NCBI GenBank assembly: GCA_965214775.1
Contig: OZ243974.1
Location: 2,688,001-2,752,000, forward strand
Reading direction: 5' to 3'
Length of the DNA stretch: 64,000 nt
From: Nitrosopumilus sp.
GTDB lineage: Archaea; Thermoproteota; Nitrososphaeria; Nitrososphaerales; Nitrosopumilaceae
The notes under the pieces are model-generated. The model saw only the letters and a program-made list of their open reading frames with translations, searched no databases and was not told where the DNA came from. The position numbers were made by a program, and so were the translations under genes. Of this stretch, positions 40,395 to 49,614 are shown in pieces; the first letter of the stretch is position 1; every line of letters starts with the position of its first letter.

Positions 40395-41624
40395 TTATTT
40401 TATCTTCTTGTTTAGTTCTGTGATGAATTTTCTTATTTTTGGTTTTGGAATGACTGCGCCACATGCTTTATCGTGTCCTCCACCAGAGCCTCCAAGGTCA
40501 GTTGCCAAAACATTAACAATTTTTCCCAAGTGAACTTTGCAGTCCTTAGAGCCTCTTACAGATACTGCATAGATTCCATGGTCAACACGCTCTTTGTACG
40601 CAATCCCAACGTCTTTGCCAGACAATCCCATTACAAAGTTGACAGCTCCGCTTGCGCCAGAGTCTAGAATTTCCATGTAGCCAAGATTCTTCATTGTTTT
40701 CATTCCATCCTTTACTTTGGCAATCATTTGTGATAGTTTTTCAACCTGGATCTGTGCAAACTCAAACGTGTTTGGAATTTCATGTGGGAATTTTGAATTC
40801 GCAAGCTCCTCTACCAAATACAACAGATAGTCCGGTTCTTTTTGGTGTCCAACGATATTGTAAGTAAGAACAGTTGCACTGATTAGTGCAAATTGCCTGT
40901 CGTAGATTTGAAGCAGTTTTGAGCCAGTTGGACGGTCCTCCATATAATCAGTAATTGCAGCACATGCTGCGACAAATGACGCATGATCATTGAGTTTTGA
41001 TTTGAATGCAGAATAAACTTGGACTGCGGTACATTCATGGATATCATGAATTACTTTGACTTTGAGTCCCTCTAATGCTTTGACAACATTAGGGTCAATG
41101 TCATGGTGGTCAATGTAAGTGACTGCTACTTTGTTTTTTCTCAATGTGGACATAATATTGATAAATTCATCCTGAGTCTTTTTGCTAAGACCCAGATCGC
41201 AAACGTAGAGGGATTTTAGTTTTTCATCTAGTGCTGCCTGACTTAATGCCTCCATCTGCCCCGGATAATCTACAAGAATTGCATCACCACCAAATGCCTG
41301 CCTTACCAAAGCAGCTGAGCTAATTCCGTCTGCGTCTTCCTTGTGAGAGATGCAGATTACTTTGGTGCGCTTTGGTTTTGCAGTTTTTTTAACAGCTTTC
41401 TTTGCAGTTGTCTTTTTTGCTGTCTTTTTGGGTGCTGTCTTTTTGGGTGCTGTCTTTTTGGGTGCTGTCTTTTTGGGTGCTGTCTTTTTGGGTGCTGTCT
41501 TTTTGGGTGCTGTCTTTTTGGGTGCTGTCTTTTTGGGTGCTGTCTTTTTGGGTGCTGTCTTTTTGGGTGGTTTCTTGGCTACTCTTTTGGCAGTTTTTTC
41601 AGTTGTTTTTTTAGATCCTACCAT
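40395..41624 (-). CDS. DHH/DHHA1 phosphoesterase with Lys-rich N-terminal repeat
   Basis: HKEDADG, IDHHD, SGGGHDKACG. Confidence 0.88.
   Translation of the reverse strand: MVGSKKTTEKTAKRVAKKPPKKTAPKKTAPKKTAPKKTAPKKTAPKKTAPKKTAPKKTAPKKTAPKKTAKKTTAKKAVKKTAKPKRTKVICISHKEDADGISSAALVRQAFGGDAILVDYPGQMEALSQAALDEKLKSLYVCDLGLSKKTQDEFINIMSTLRKNKVAVTYIDHHDIDPNVVKALEGLKVKVIHDIHECTAVQVYSAFKSKLNDHASFVAACAAITDYMEDRPTGSKLLQIYDRQFALISATVLTYNIVGHQKEPDYLLYLVEELANSKFPHEIPNTFEFAQIQVEKLSQMIAKVKDGMKTMKNLGYMEILDSGASGAVNFVMGLSGKDVGIAYKERVDHGIYAVSVRGSKDCKVHLGKIVNVLATDLGGSGGGHDKACGAVIPKPKIRKFITELNKKIK
41417..41567. repeat. 15-bp tandem repeat, about 10 units, encoding KKTAP
   Basis: (tgctgtctttttggg)n. Confidence 0.97.
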
Positions 41625-41671
41625 TTCATTTGGAAAAATTACAGACCCTCATTTAAATGAAGAATGGAAAA

Positions 41672-41881
41672 TTATTTCTTTGATTTTTTGACGCTCTGCT
41701 CAACTAACGAACCAGAGTCAAGACACACATCATAAAGGGACAGGCCCTCAAGTTGAGTTTCTGAATCAATGGATTGTATCTTTTCTAATTCCTCTGGTGA
41801 GGCATTGATTACCAGGTCGTCTAGTTTTTGCAAACGTTCTCGCTCTTTTGGAGTCATTAGTTTTTGATTAAAAATTCTCAT
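41672..41881 (-). CDS. Small hypothetical protein
   Basis: ORF with host-like composition; start uncertain. Confidence 0.55.
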   Translation of the reverse strand: MRIFNQKLMTPKERERLQKLDDLVINASPEELEKIQSIDSETQLEGLSLYDVCLDSGSLVEQSVKKSKK

Positions 41882-41973
41882 TTATGGCCAAATGTTGCCA
41901 TATTAGACTAAATGCTGAACTTGGGAGACATTTTTTTGCGAAAACATAATAGAACAGTTCAGGTAGGCTCGGC

Positions 41974-43137
41974 ATGGAGACCAAAAATATCGGCCTAAGA
42001 GGAATCGAGGTGGCAGATACGAGGATTTCCAACATTGATGGGGAAAAAGGCAAGCTGATCTATCGTGGCTATGACATTTTAGATCTCACAAAAAATTCCA
42101 CATTTGAAGAAACCGCATTTCTGTTACTTTATGACCACCTTCCAACCAAACTGCAGTTAGACGAATTTACTGCAAAACTGGTTGATGCCAGATTCATTCC
42201 AAAGCAGATGCAAAAGAACATGGGCAACTGGAGAAAGGATGCAGACCCAATGGACATGCTTCAGGCATTCGTTTCAGCTCTGGCAGGATACTATGATGAA
42301 GAGTTTGCCAGCAAGGAAGCAAGTTATGACAAAGCGATCAACCTCATTGCAAAGGTTCCGACAATCATTGCAAGCTGGCAGAGGATCAGAAACGGGCTGG
42401 ACATTGTTGATCCAGACTCCTCTCAAAGTCATGCTGCAAACTTCCTATACATGATGTCAGGAGAAAAGCCAGACCCCGAAGTCGAGAGGGTTTTTGACGT
42501 GTGTCTTATTTTACACGCAGATCACACATTTAACGCATCTACATTTACAGCTAGACAGGTCGCATCGACTAGAGCTCACATGTATTCTGCATCAAGCGCA
42601 GCAATAGGGGCACTAAGCGGGGAATTGCACGGAGGGGCAAACACCGAAGTCATGAAGATGCTTTTAGAGATCGGGGAGGTTGGCAAAGTAGAAGAATGGA
42701 TAAAAAAGAATCTTGACGGCGGTCAAAGAATCATGGGAATGGGTCATGCAGTTTACAAGACATATGACCCAAGAGCACAGGTTCTAAAGGAACTATCAAG
42801 GAAACTTGCAGAGAAGACCAAAGAGAGATGGTTTGACATGACAGAAAAGGTAGAGACGGCAACCATCTCCCACATGAAATCTCAAAAAGGCAGAGACATT
42901 TATCCAAACGTGGATTTGTACAGTGCATCAATTTACTACATGCTAAAAATCCCAGTCGATCTGAACACGCCGATCTTTGCAATCTCCAGGGTTGCGGGAT
43001 GGGCAGCTCACATCATCGAAGAAAAGTTTGCAGAAGCCGCACCAAAGCCGGCACTGTACAGGCCAAAGGCAGTTTATGTCGGAAAGTATTGCGGGCCGCA
43101 AGGTTGCAAATATCAGACACTAGACTTGAGGAAATAA
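41974..43137 (+). CDS. gltA: Citrate synthase
   Basis: LIYRGY, HADHTFNASTF, LHGGAN, MGMGHAVYKTYDPR, YPNVD. Confidence 0.95.
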   Translation: METKNIGLRGIEVADTRISNIDGEKGKLIYRGYDILDLTKNSTFEETAFLLLYDHLPTKLQLDEFTAKLVDARFIPKQMQKNMGNWRKDADPMDMLQAFVSALAGYYDEEFASKEASYDKAINLIAKVPTIIASWQRIRNGLDIVDPDSSQSHAANFLYMMSGEKPDPEVERVFDVCLILHADHTFNASTFTARQVASTRAHMYSASSAAIGALSGELHGGANTEVMKMLLEIGEVGKVEEWIKKNLDGGQRIMGMGHAVYKTYDPRAQVLKELSRKLAEKTKERWFDMTEKVETATISHMKSQKGRDIYPNVDLYSASIYYMLKIPVDLNTPIFAISRVAGWAAHIIEEKFAEAAPKPALYRPKAVYVGKYCGPQGCKYQTLDLRK

Positions 43138-43140
43138 TCT

Positions 43141-43347
43141 TTAATTTCTTGTGCCAAGCCAATCTTTTGCCTTAGAGTTCACATCATATTTGTACAAAAC
43201 TTCAAAGACCATATCATAAAATGAGATGCCTTTTTTCTGGGCCTGATCATCTAACCACTTTATTCCGTCAGCCAGTTCAGGATCATACTCTGAGAATTCG
43301 ACTAGTTCGTCTACTATCCTTGAGAAGCAGGTGCGGGATTCAAGCAT
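43141..43347 (-). CDS. Small conserved hypothetical protein
   Basis: MLESRTCFSRIVDELVEFSEYDPELADGIKWLD; internal ATG chosen as start. Confidence 0.65.
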   Translation of the reverse strand: MLESRTCFSRIVDELVEFSEYDPELADGIKWLDDQAQKKGISFYDMVFEVLYKYDVNSKAKDWLGTRN

Positions 43348-43629
43348 AGTTGTACATTTCAATCTGTGATCATAAGGGATGTATTCAAAATATGTTGATA
43401 AAAAACCACTTTTTGATTGACTTATCATACTGTTAATTAACGATGGTCACGCCTGTTGATGTATGAGAGAGGGTATATAATCATACTACAGGGTGGTCGT
43501 CCCGTTCTAGGACGTCTGCGACAGGCACAATCATTCAAAGCGCCTGACCAGGATGCTCTCAAAGTTTGACACCGCCGGTATGGAGATTCGGCCCGTAGAG
43601 TACCGGGAGAGATACCGCGACGAGTTCGG

Positions 43630-43789
43630 CGGTGGCATAGCTCTGGCGTCTCGATGTTGGTGTTGAGGTGCTCATGACTATCCCTATCTTGTCCTGCGTA
43701 TTCCATGTTTTCTTGGTCATTTTGTGATTCGACCTCCTTATTCAAAAAGTGTGCATTGCAGATCGTTCCTTCTTTTTTGGGGTCCGCAC
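43630..43789 (-). mobile_element. IS3-family left end and orfA fragment
   Basis: Reverse-complement homologue of 11783-11950. Confidence 0.75.
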
Positions 43790-43874
43790 CAGATCGTAGC
43801 CACATGTGTCTCAAAAACAAAGTTCAGAGGGTGTCAGAATAAACGGCAATGCAAACAAACTACCCCAGAAAGGA

Positions 43875-44795
43875 TCAGTCATAGGGCGAGGGCATAGACC
43901 TCTGAAGATCGATCTCGCCCCGGAGCACACTCATGCCCTCCTGAGAGGCCATGCTGTATATGTGCTCCATGGCACCGACAAAATCCTCCTCGCCCCTCCA
44001 GAACGGAAACCCGCCCAGATGCTTGGGCAGGACTGCATGTGTCGCCGGGATCGACGCGTCCCATTGGTTGTGGGTGCCGTGATCGGCGCCCCAGAAGGCG
44101 TCAGGATCGGCGGGAAGTGGTTCGGCCTTGTGCTGCCTTCTGTTTTTGGATCCTGTCTTGTGCACAGGCTTGAGGCCGGCAGCCCCCAGCAGGTCATCCC
44201 TCTCGAATCCGCGCAGCCTGAATATTAGGAACGGATTGCGCTCTAGCCTGTCGGCAAGCAGGAAGACGGCCGCCCCCACATGGACGCATGGCCCGGGCAT
44301 GCGGCCGCACATGCACCTTACCGTGGAATCGGCCTTGCCCGGAAGCAGACGCAGGCCGGCTGCCGCGAACACCTTCTCGATGTCATCGGGCATCTGGCCT
44401 GAGGCGATCTTTGAGGCCGCGGCAGGCCTCGCCAGGAGCGCCGCGGCCAGTGCCTTCAGTCCGGACTCGTCCACCGTGTCGATCCGTATGTCCACCCAAT
44501 AGATGTATCCATTGGCCACCTGTACGCCCACGCGCACCTCGCCCTTGCGCATATATGCCATTCTTGCCTTTCTATCCACCACGTACTTTCTGCCGTGGCT
44601 TGCGGAGGCACGACTTTGAAAGGTACTGGGCATGCCGATCAGGCGATCGACCCACCATGTGTATTTCATGCCGCGAACCCTCTTGGACACCGCTATCCGG
44701 GATGCCGCATCCCGACCCTGCTGGGCCATGTCCTGATGATCCCTGAGATTGGGATCCGATGTCCACACCCATTCCCGTCCTCCGTATCTGTTCAT
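43875..44795 (-). CDS. SWIM zinc-finger protein (SNF2 partner)
   Basis: CMC...PCVH, RNPFLIFRLRG; ATGA overlap with the SNF2 stop. Confidence 0.85.
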   Translation of the reverse strand: MNRYGGREWVWTSDPNLRDHQDMAQQGRDAASRIAVSKRVRGMKYTWWVDRLIGMPSTFQSRASASHGRKYVVDRKARMAYMRKGEVRVGVQVANGYIYWVDIRIDTVDESGLKALAAALLARPAAASKIASGQMPDDIEKVFAAAGLRLLPGKADSTVRCMCGRMPGPCVHVGAAVFLLADRLERNPFLIFRLRGFERDDLLGAAGLKPVHKTGSKNRRQHKAEPLPADPDAFWGADHGTHNQWDASIPATHAVLPKHLGGFPFWRGEEDFVGAMEHIYSMASQEGMSVLRGEIDLQRSMPSPYD

Positions 44796-47700
44796 ATCCT
44801 GATTGCCTCCGTACTCAGGGCCAGCACCTCGCGGATGTCCCTGTCTGAGAGCTTTGTCAGCCAGCCCTCGCCGGTTCCGACGACCTCGTCTGATATCTTC
44901 TGCTTGTGGCGCATCAGCTCGTCTATCCTCTCCTCCAGCGTGCCAGAGCATATCATCTTGTGCACCTGTACGTTGCGCTTTTGTCCTATGCGGAAGGCCC
45001 TGTCGGTTGCCTGGTTCTCGACGGCGGGGTTCCACCACCTGTCGAAGTGGAACACGTGGCTTGCCGCCGTCAGGTTGAGGCCCGTGCCGCCTGCCTTGAG
45101 GGATGCCACGAGTACGCTGGCACCCCCCTCCTGGAACCGCTCCACCAGGGCATCGCGCTGCCTTCGAGGCACCCCGCCGTGCAAGAACAGCACCTCGCGG
45201 CCCGACGTCTCGCGTATGTGCCGCTGTAGGATCTCGCCCATCTCGACGAACTGGGTGAACACGAGTGCCTGCTCGCCTGACTCTATGATCTCACCGAGCA
45301 TATCCGTCAGCCTTGCAAGCTTGCCGGACCTGTCCGGTATGGCCGAGCCGTCCTTGAGCAGGTGCGCCGGGTGGTTGCAGGCCTGCTTGAGTTTGGTCAG
45401 TGCTGCCAGTATCAGGCCCTTTCGTCGTATGCCGCCTGCATCGCGCATCATCTCCTCCAAATCCGAGAGTACTGCGGCATACAGGGAGGCCTGCTCGCGG
45501 GTCAGCGAGCAGTACACGTTGAATTCCATCTTTTCTGGCAGATCCGAGATCACCGACCTGTCTGTCTTGAGCCTGCGTAGCATGAATGGGCCGACTATCC
45601 TCCTGAGCGTCCCGGCCGCCTCCGTGTCGTGCTCCTTCTGTATGGGGACGAGAAACCTGCGCCTAAAGCCGGCCCGGGTACCGAGCAGTCCGGGGTTGAG
45701 AAACTCCATTATCGACCAGATGTCGCCGACGCTGTTCTCAACGGGTGTTCCTGTCAGCGCGAATTTGAAGCCTGCGTCAAGCGTCCTGACTGCGCGCGCC
45801 TGTTCTGTGTCGGGATTTTTGATGTTCTGTGCCTCGTCAAGCACCACCCCGCCCCACGGCTCTAGTCCGACGGATCCGGCATCGCGTCGTACCAGCCCGT
45901 AGCTGGTTATCACGACGTCGTGTTTTTTGACCTCCCTTGAAAACGCGCCTCCCCTCTTGCGGCTCGCACCGTGGTGGATCATGACAGACAGCCCCGGGAC
46001 AAACCGGGAGGCCTCTTTCTTCCAGTTGTCCATGACTGATGTGGGACAGACGACGAGTGCCGGCTGTCCGCCGTCTGAGATGTGCCGCCGGATCAGCGCG
46101 AGCACCTGGATAGTCTTGCCAAGCCCCATGTCGTCTGCCAGGCACCCGCCCAGGCCGGCCTCACGCAGGAACGACAGCCACGAGTAGCCACGGGCTTGGT
46201 ACGGCCGCAGCGTCCCGGCAAACCCGTCAGGCTGCGGCAGCTCCTCCATGGTCTTGCTCCCGCGCAGCAGCCTGATCATGCCCCCGATCCTGGCGTCGCG
46301 GCCTGACACGTCTATCTCCTGCCCCCCGGACGCGTCGCCCGCGCCGAGCCCCGTCGCTATGTAGTCGCGAACCGTCATCGTCTTGTTTCTCTTTACAAAG
46401 TCAGCGGCCCGCCGGAGCTGGCCGGATCCCGTGTCGACCCATCGGCCATGCACCCTGACCAGCGGCCTCTTCTCCATGGCAAGCTTCTGCAGCTGCGCAA
46501 GCGTGATCCGCCGGTTCCCGAGGGCCAGCTTCCAGTCGAACCTGACTATGGAGCGCATATCCAGCATGCCGCCGCCTCGCGCCGCGGTTCTCGCCTCTGC
46601 CCGCATTGAGATGTTGGTCCTTGTACGGCCGCTTGACCACCACTGCGGCGTCATGATGCCGTATCCGAGCTGTTCGAGGACTGGTGCCTCAGAGCTGAGA
46701 AATCTGTACGCCCCGGCCACGTCCACCGTGTGTCCCCTGACCCCGTGCTCCCCGAGGCCATCAGACATTCCAGAGACGATCTTGGAGACGCGTCCCAGTG
46801 ACTCAAGCAGAAGCTGCCTTGCGCGCGTGCCGTCCAGCCCGGCGATTTTGGCCTTGCCATTCCATATCCTGCAGGCAGGAATGGTGACCTCTGGATCCCT
46901 GCGTGGCTGCACTAGATACTTGATGAACCACGGCCCGTGACCTCCTGCATTCTTTCTGGGCTCCTCTAGCCGGAGGCAGAGCCTCAGCGGCGGATCCGCG
47001 GGAGCCGTGTCCGATCTCCACTTGCGTACCATTGTCTCAAGATTGGCCGCGTCCGTCGAGGTATCCATGTAGCCGCTTCCCGTTCTCAGGCCGTCCAGCC
47101 ATTCGTCATATATGCTTGTAAATCTCATCCGCCTCATGTATCTGCTTGGCGCCGCGGCCCACGCGGCCCGACGCACCATGCCGTTGATCATCACCGTTAT
47201 TGCCCTCTTGAGGATCGAGGTGGCCGGCTCGGATGGCTTGTCATTCGGGCTACTGCTCAGTGCGCGGGCGGCAGCAGGCATGGCCTTGGCCAAGGCGGCA
47301 TGCCGCCTTTCATCACCACCTGAAAACACGGGAACCCACGAGGCGGCAAAACTGCTCTTGCCGGCGACCAGATCTGGCAGGAATCGCTGGCGCGCCACCA
47401 GGTACCCTGCAAAGCTCATGACCTCAGACCAATATGCCAGATCCGGGCCGACGGTCATGCCTGCTATGGCATCCCGGTTGCGCGCAACCTCCGAGAGTAT
47501 CCCCATAGCGTTGTCCCAGGAAATATTCAGCGTGTCTATATACCACTGCATGAGACTGATCCTAGCACCTGATCGCGGCCGTTCGGCGGCGCTGCCAGAT
47601 GGGAGTGGCTCTCCTCCGCTACTCGGGAGCCATATGTACCCACTGCCATAATACTGGTACATGCCTTCCCGGGCCGCGCGCGGCCAGAGCGCGCTGATTA

Positions 47701-47824
47701 TGCTCCGCGTGTACATGGAGTGTGGATGCTTGCCGCTACGTGTAGATCTGCGTGCCGGGCCGTCGACCAACTCGCCCCACAGCGCCATGTGGTCACCCAT
47801 CTGACACGCGTGCAGGATAGTCAT
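44792..47824 (-). CDS. SNF2-family helicase with DUF3670-like region
   Basis: LRPYQ, LADDMGLGKT, LDEAQNIKN, ALTGTPVEN, DRWWNPAVENQATDRAFRIGQ. Confidence 0.95.
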   Translation of the reverse strand: MTILHACQMGDHMALWGELVDGPARRSTRSGKHPHSMYTRSIISALWPRAAREGMYQYYGSGYIWLPSSGGEPLPSGSAAERPRSGARISLMQWYIDTLNISWDNAMGILSEVARNRDAIAGMTVGPDLAYWSEVMSFAGYLVARQRFLPDLVAGKSSFAASWVPVFSGGDERRHAALAKAMPAAARALSSSPNDKPSEPATSILKRAITVMINGMVRRAAWAAAPSRYMRRMRFTSIYDEWLDGLRTGSGYMDTSTDAANLETMVRKWRSDTAPADPPLRLCLRLEEPRKNAGGHGPWFIKYLVQPRRDPEVTIPACRIWNGKAKIAGLDGTRARQLLLESLGRVSKIVSGMSDGLGEHGVRGHTVDVAGAYRFLSSEAPVLEQLGYGIMTPQWWSSGRTRTNISMRAEARTAARGGGMLDMRSIVRFDWKLALGNRRITLAQLQKLAMEKRPLVRVHGRWVDTGSGQLRRAADFVKRNKTMTVRDYIATGLGAGDASGGQEIDVSGRDARIGGMIRLLRGSKTMEELPQPDGFAGTLRPYQARGYSWLSFLREAGLGGCLADDMGLGKTIQVLALIRRHISDGGQPALVVCPTSVMDNWKKEASRFVPGLSVMIHHGASRKRGGAFSREVKKHDVVITSYGLVRRDAGSVGLEPWGGVVLDEAQNIKNPDTEQARAVRTLDAGFKFALTGTPVENSVGDIWSIMEFLNPGLLGTRAGFRRRFLVPIQKEHDTEAAGTLRRIVGPFMLRRLKTDRSVISDLPEKMEFNVYCSLTREQASLYAAVLSDLEEMMRDAGGIRRKGLILAALTKLKQACNHPAHLLKDGSAIPDRSGKLARLTDMLGEIIESGEQALVFTQFVEMGEILQRHIRETSGREVLFLHGGVPRRQRDALVERFQEGGASVLVASLKAGGTGLNLTAASHVFHFDRWWNPAVENQATDRAFRIGQKRNVQVHKMICSGTLEERIDELMRHKQKISDEVVGTGEGWLTKLSDRDIREVLALSTEAIRI

Positions 47825-48027
47825 ATGGTGGAATCACAGGAGGGCTTTCATAAGCGTGTCGTTGATCGTTTGCGTCTGTCTTGTACAGAAATTAGATCCG
47901 CCCAAGGCGTACGATCGCAGCCACATGAGTCTCAAAAAGTACAACTTCAGGTCCTATTTATACTGGCAAGCAAATACTTCCTAGATTCCTAGGCGGTTTA
48001 AATAGGACCTGAAGTTGTACTTTTTTT

Positions 48028-49614
48028 CTATTTTATCTGGTTTCTTCTAACGGTCCTGTTGTATGCAACGCCAAATCTGTGGGTCTCATCTCTTACATGC
48101 TGTAAAATTTGAAGCGACGGCTTTGTCTTTGAAATTACTATCGGAGTTTTTCTTTTTGGAACAAATACTTCCTCGTTTTCCTTGGCAAGCGAGACACACG
48201 GCAACTCTAGTCCCAGTGCAGCCAGGGATTTTACTGCGGCATTTAGCTGTCCTTTTCCCCCGTCAACAACAACAAGATCAGGCATTTCAGAACCTTCTTC
48301 TGCAAGTCTATAGTATCGCCGTTTGATTATCTCGCCGATCATTGCAAAGTCATCACGTCCTTGAACCGTTTTGATTTTAAATTTCCGGTATCCGGATTTG
48401 TTTGGCTTTCCGCCGACAAATTGAGACATCGAACCTACTGCAAAGTCATCACCGTGATTAGAAACATCAAAGCATTCCATGACGTTTGGAATCGTCGGTA
48501 GGCTAAGAACGTCTTTGAGTTCAACCAGCCCCGGATCGCCTCCCTTGGAGTGGACCAGATTGATGTTTTTTATAATCAGGCTTATGATGTCCTTTTTCTT
48601 TCCTTTGGCTGGAAGAGTGATTTTTACTGCAAATCCAGCTTGTTCAGACAGCAGTGATTCCAGTAATTTTTGGTTTTCAGGCAATTCGCTTACTATGACA
48701 AGCTTTGGGATTTTGTGTGTCGAGTAATACTGGTAAAGAAAATTGGAAAACGAATTATCACCAACTAGATCAAAAAAGAATTTATCGCTGTCACGAATCA
48801 CTCCGTTAATCATTCTAAAATTCATTACAACTGCAGACTGTCCCTGAATTCCAATTCCAAAGTATTCCTCATCAGAATTTTCGACATATTCCATTTTCTG
48901 CCCGGTCTGAAGGCTTCCTAATCGAATCAGGGTATCACGAATCTCCTTGGCGCGCTCAAATTGTTGCAGTTCAGCTGCCTGGCGCATCTGCTCTTCTAGT
49001 TTCTTTGCAAAGACCCTGGTTTGATTTTTTCCCCTTAGAACGTCTTCTAGGGCTTTGACATGTTTGGAATATCCCTCCTGAGCTTCTCTGAATTGACACG
49101 GGCCCTCACAGTTTCCAAGGTGGTATTCCAAGCAGACTTTTTTGGGCAGGGTCTTGCAGATTCGAATTTGGAATGCCTTTCGCAACGCGCCAATGGTTAG
49201 AAGTTTGGAGCTTCCCTGGGTAAAAGGCCCATAGGTTCTTCCCTTTCCTAGAAATTTTCCATCACGTGTACGTCTTGCCACTAGCAGGCGGGGGTATTTT
49301 TCGTCAGAAACCCTAAGATACGTGTATCGTTGCTGGTCTTTTAGTTCGATGTTGAATCGCGGGCGATATTTTTTGATCATGTTTGATTCAAGTAAGAATG
49401 CCTCACTTTCATTATCAGTCAAAACAAACTCAATCTCATCAATGCTTTGAACTAATTTTTGAGTCTTGTAGTTTTGGTTTTTCAAAAAATATGACTTTAC
49501 ACGTTTTCGAAGATTCTTTGCCTTGCCAATGTAGATGATCTTCCCGTCAGAATCTTTCATCATGTAGATGCCAGGATTGGTAGGAATGGCGGTTTTTGCT
49601 ATGTCAAAGGTCAT
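48028..49614 (-). CDS. uvrC: Excinuclease ABC subunit C
   Basis: PGIY, YIGKAKNL, ECFDVS, VDGGKGQL, RDETHRF. Confidence 0.95.
   Translation of the reverse strand: MTFDIAKTAIPTNPGIYMMKDSDGKIIYIGKAKNLRKRVKSYFLKNQNYKTQKLVQSIDEIEFVLTDNESEAFLLESNMIKKYRPRFNIELKDQQRYTYLRVSDEKYPRLLVARRTRDGKFLGKGRTYGPFTQGSSKLLTIGALRKAFQIRICKTLPKKVCLEYHLGNCEGPCQFREAQEGYSKHVKALEDVLRGKNQTRVFAKKLEEQMRQAAELQQFERAKEIRDTLIRLGSLQTGQKMEYVENSDEEYFGIGIQGQSAVVMNFRMINGVIRDSDKFFFDLVGDNSFSNFLYQYYSTHKIPKLVIVSELPENQKLLESLLSEQAGFAVKITLPAKGKKKDIISLIIKNINLVHSKGGDPGLVELKDVLSLPTIPNVMECFDVSNHGDDFAVGSMSQFVGGKPNKSGYRKFKIKTVQGRDDFAMIGEIIKRRYYRLAEEGSEMPDLVVVDGGKGQLNAAVKSLAALGLELPCVSLAKENEEVFVPKRKTPIVISKTKPSLQILQHVRDETHRFGVAYNRTVRRNQIK

Noticed and set aside
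41343-41691. Plus-strand GCCLF / GAVFL / WVLSF repeat ORFs
   Set aside because: Alternate-frame readings of the KKTAP tandem repeat
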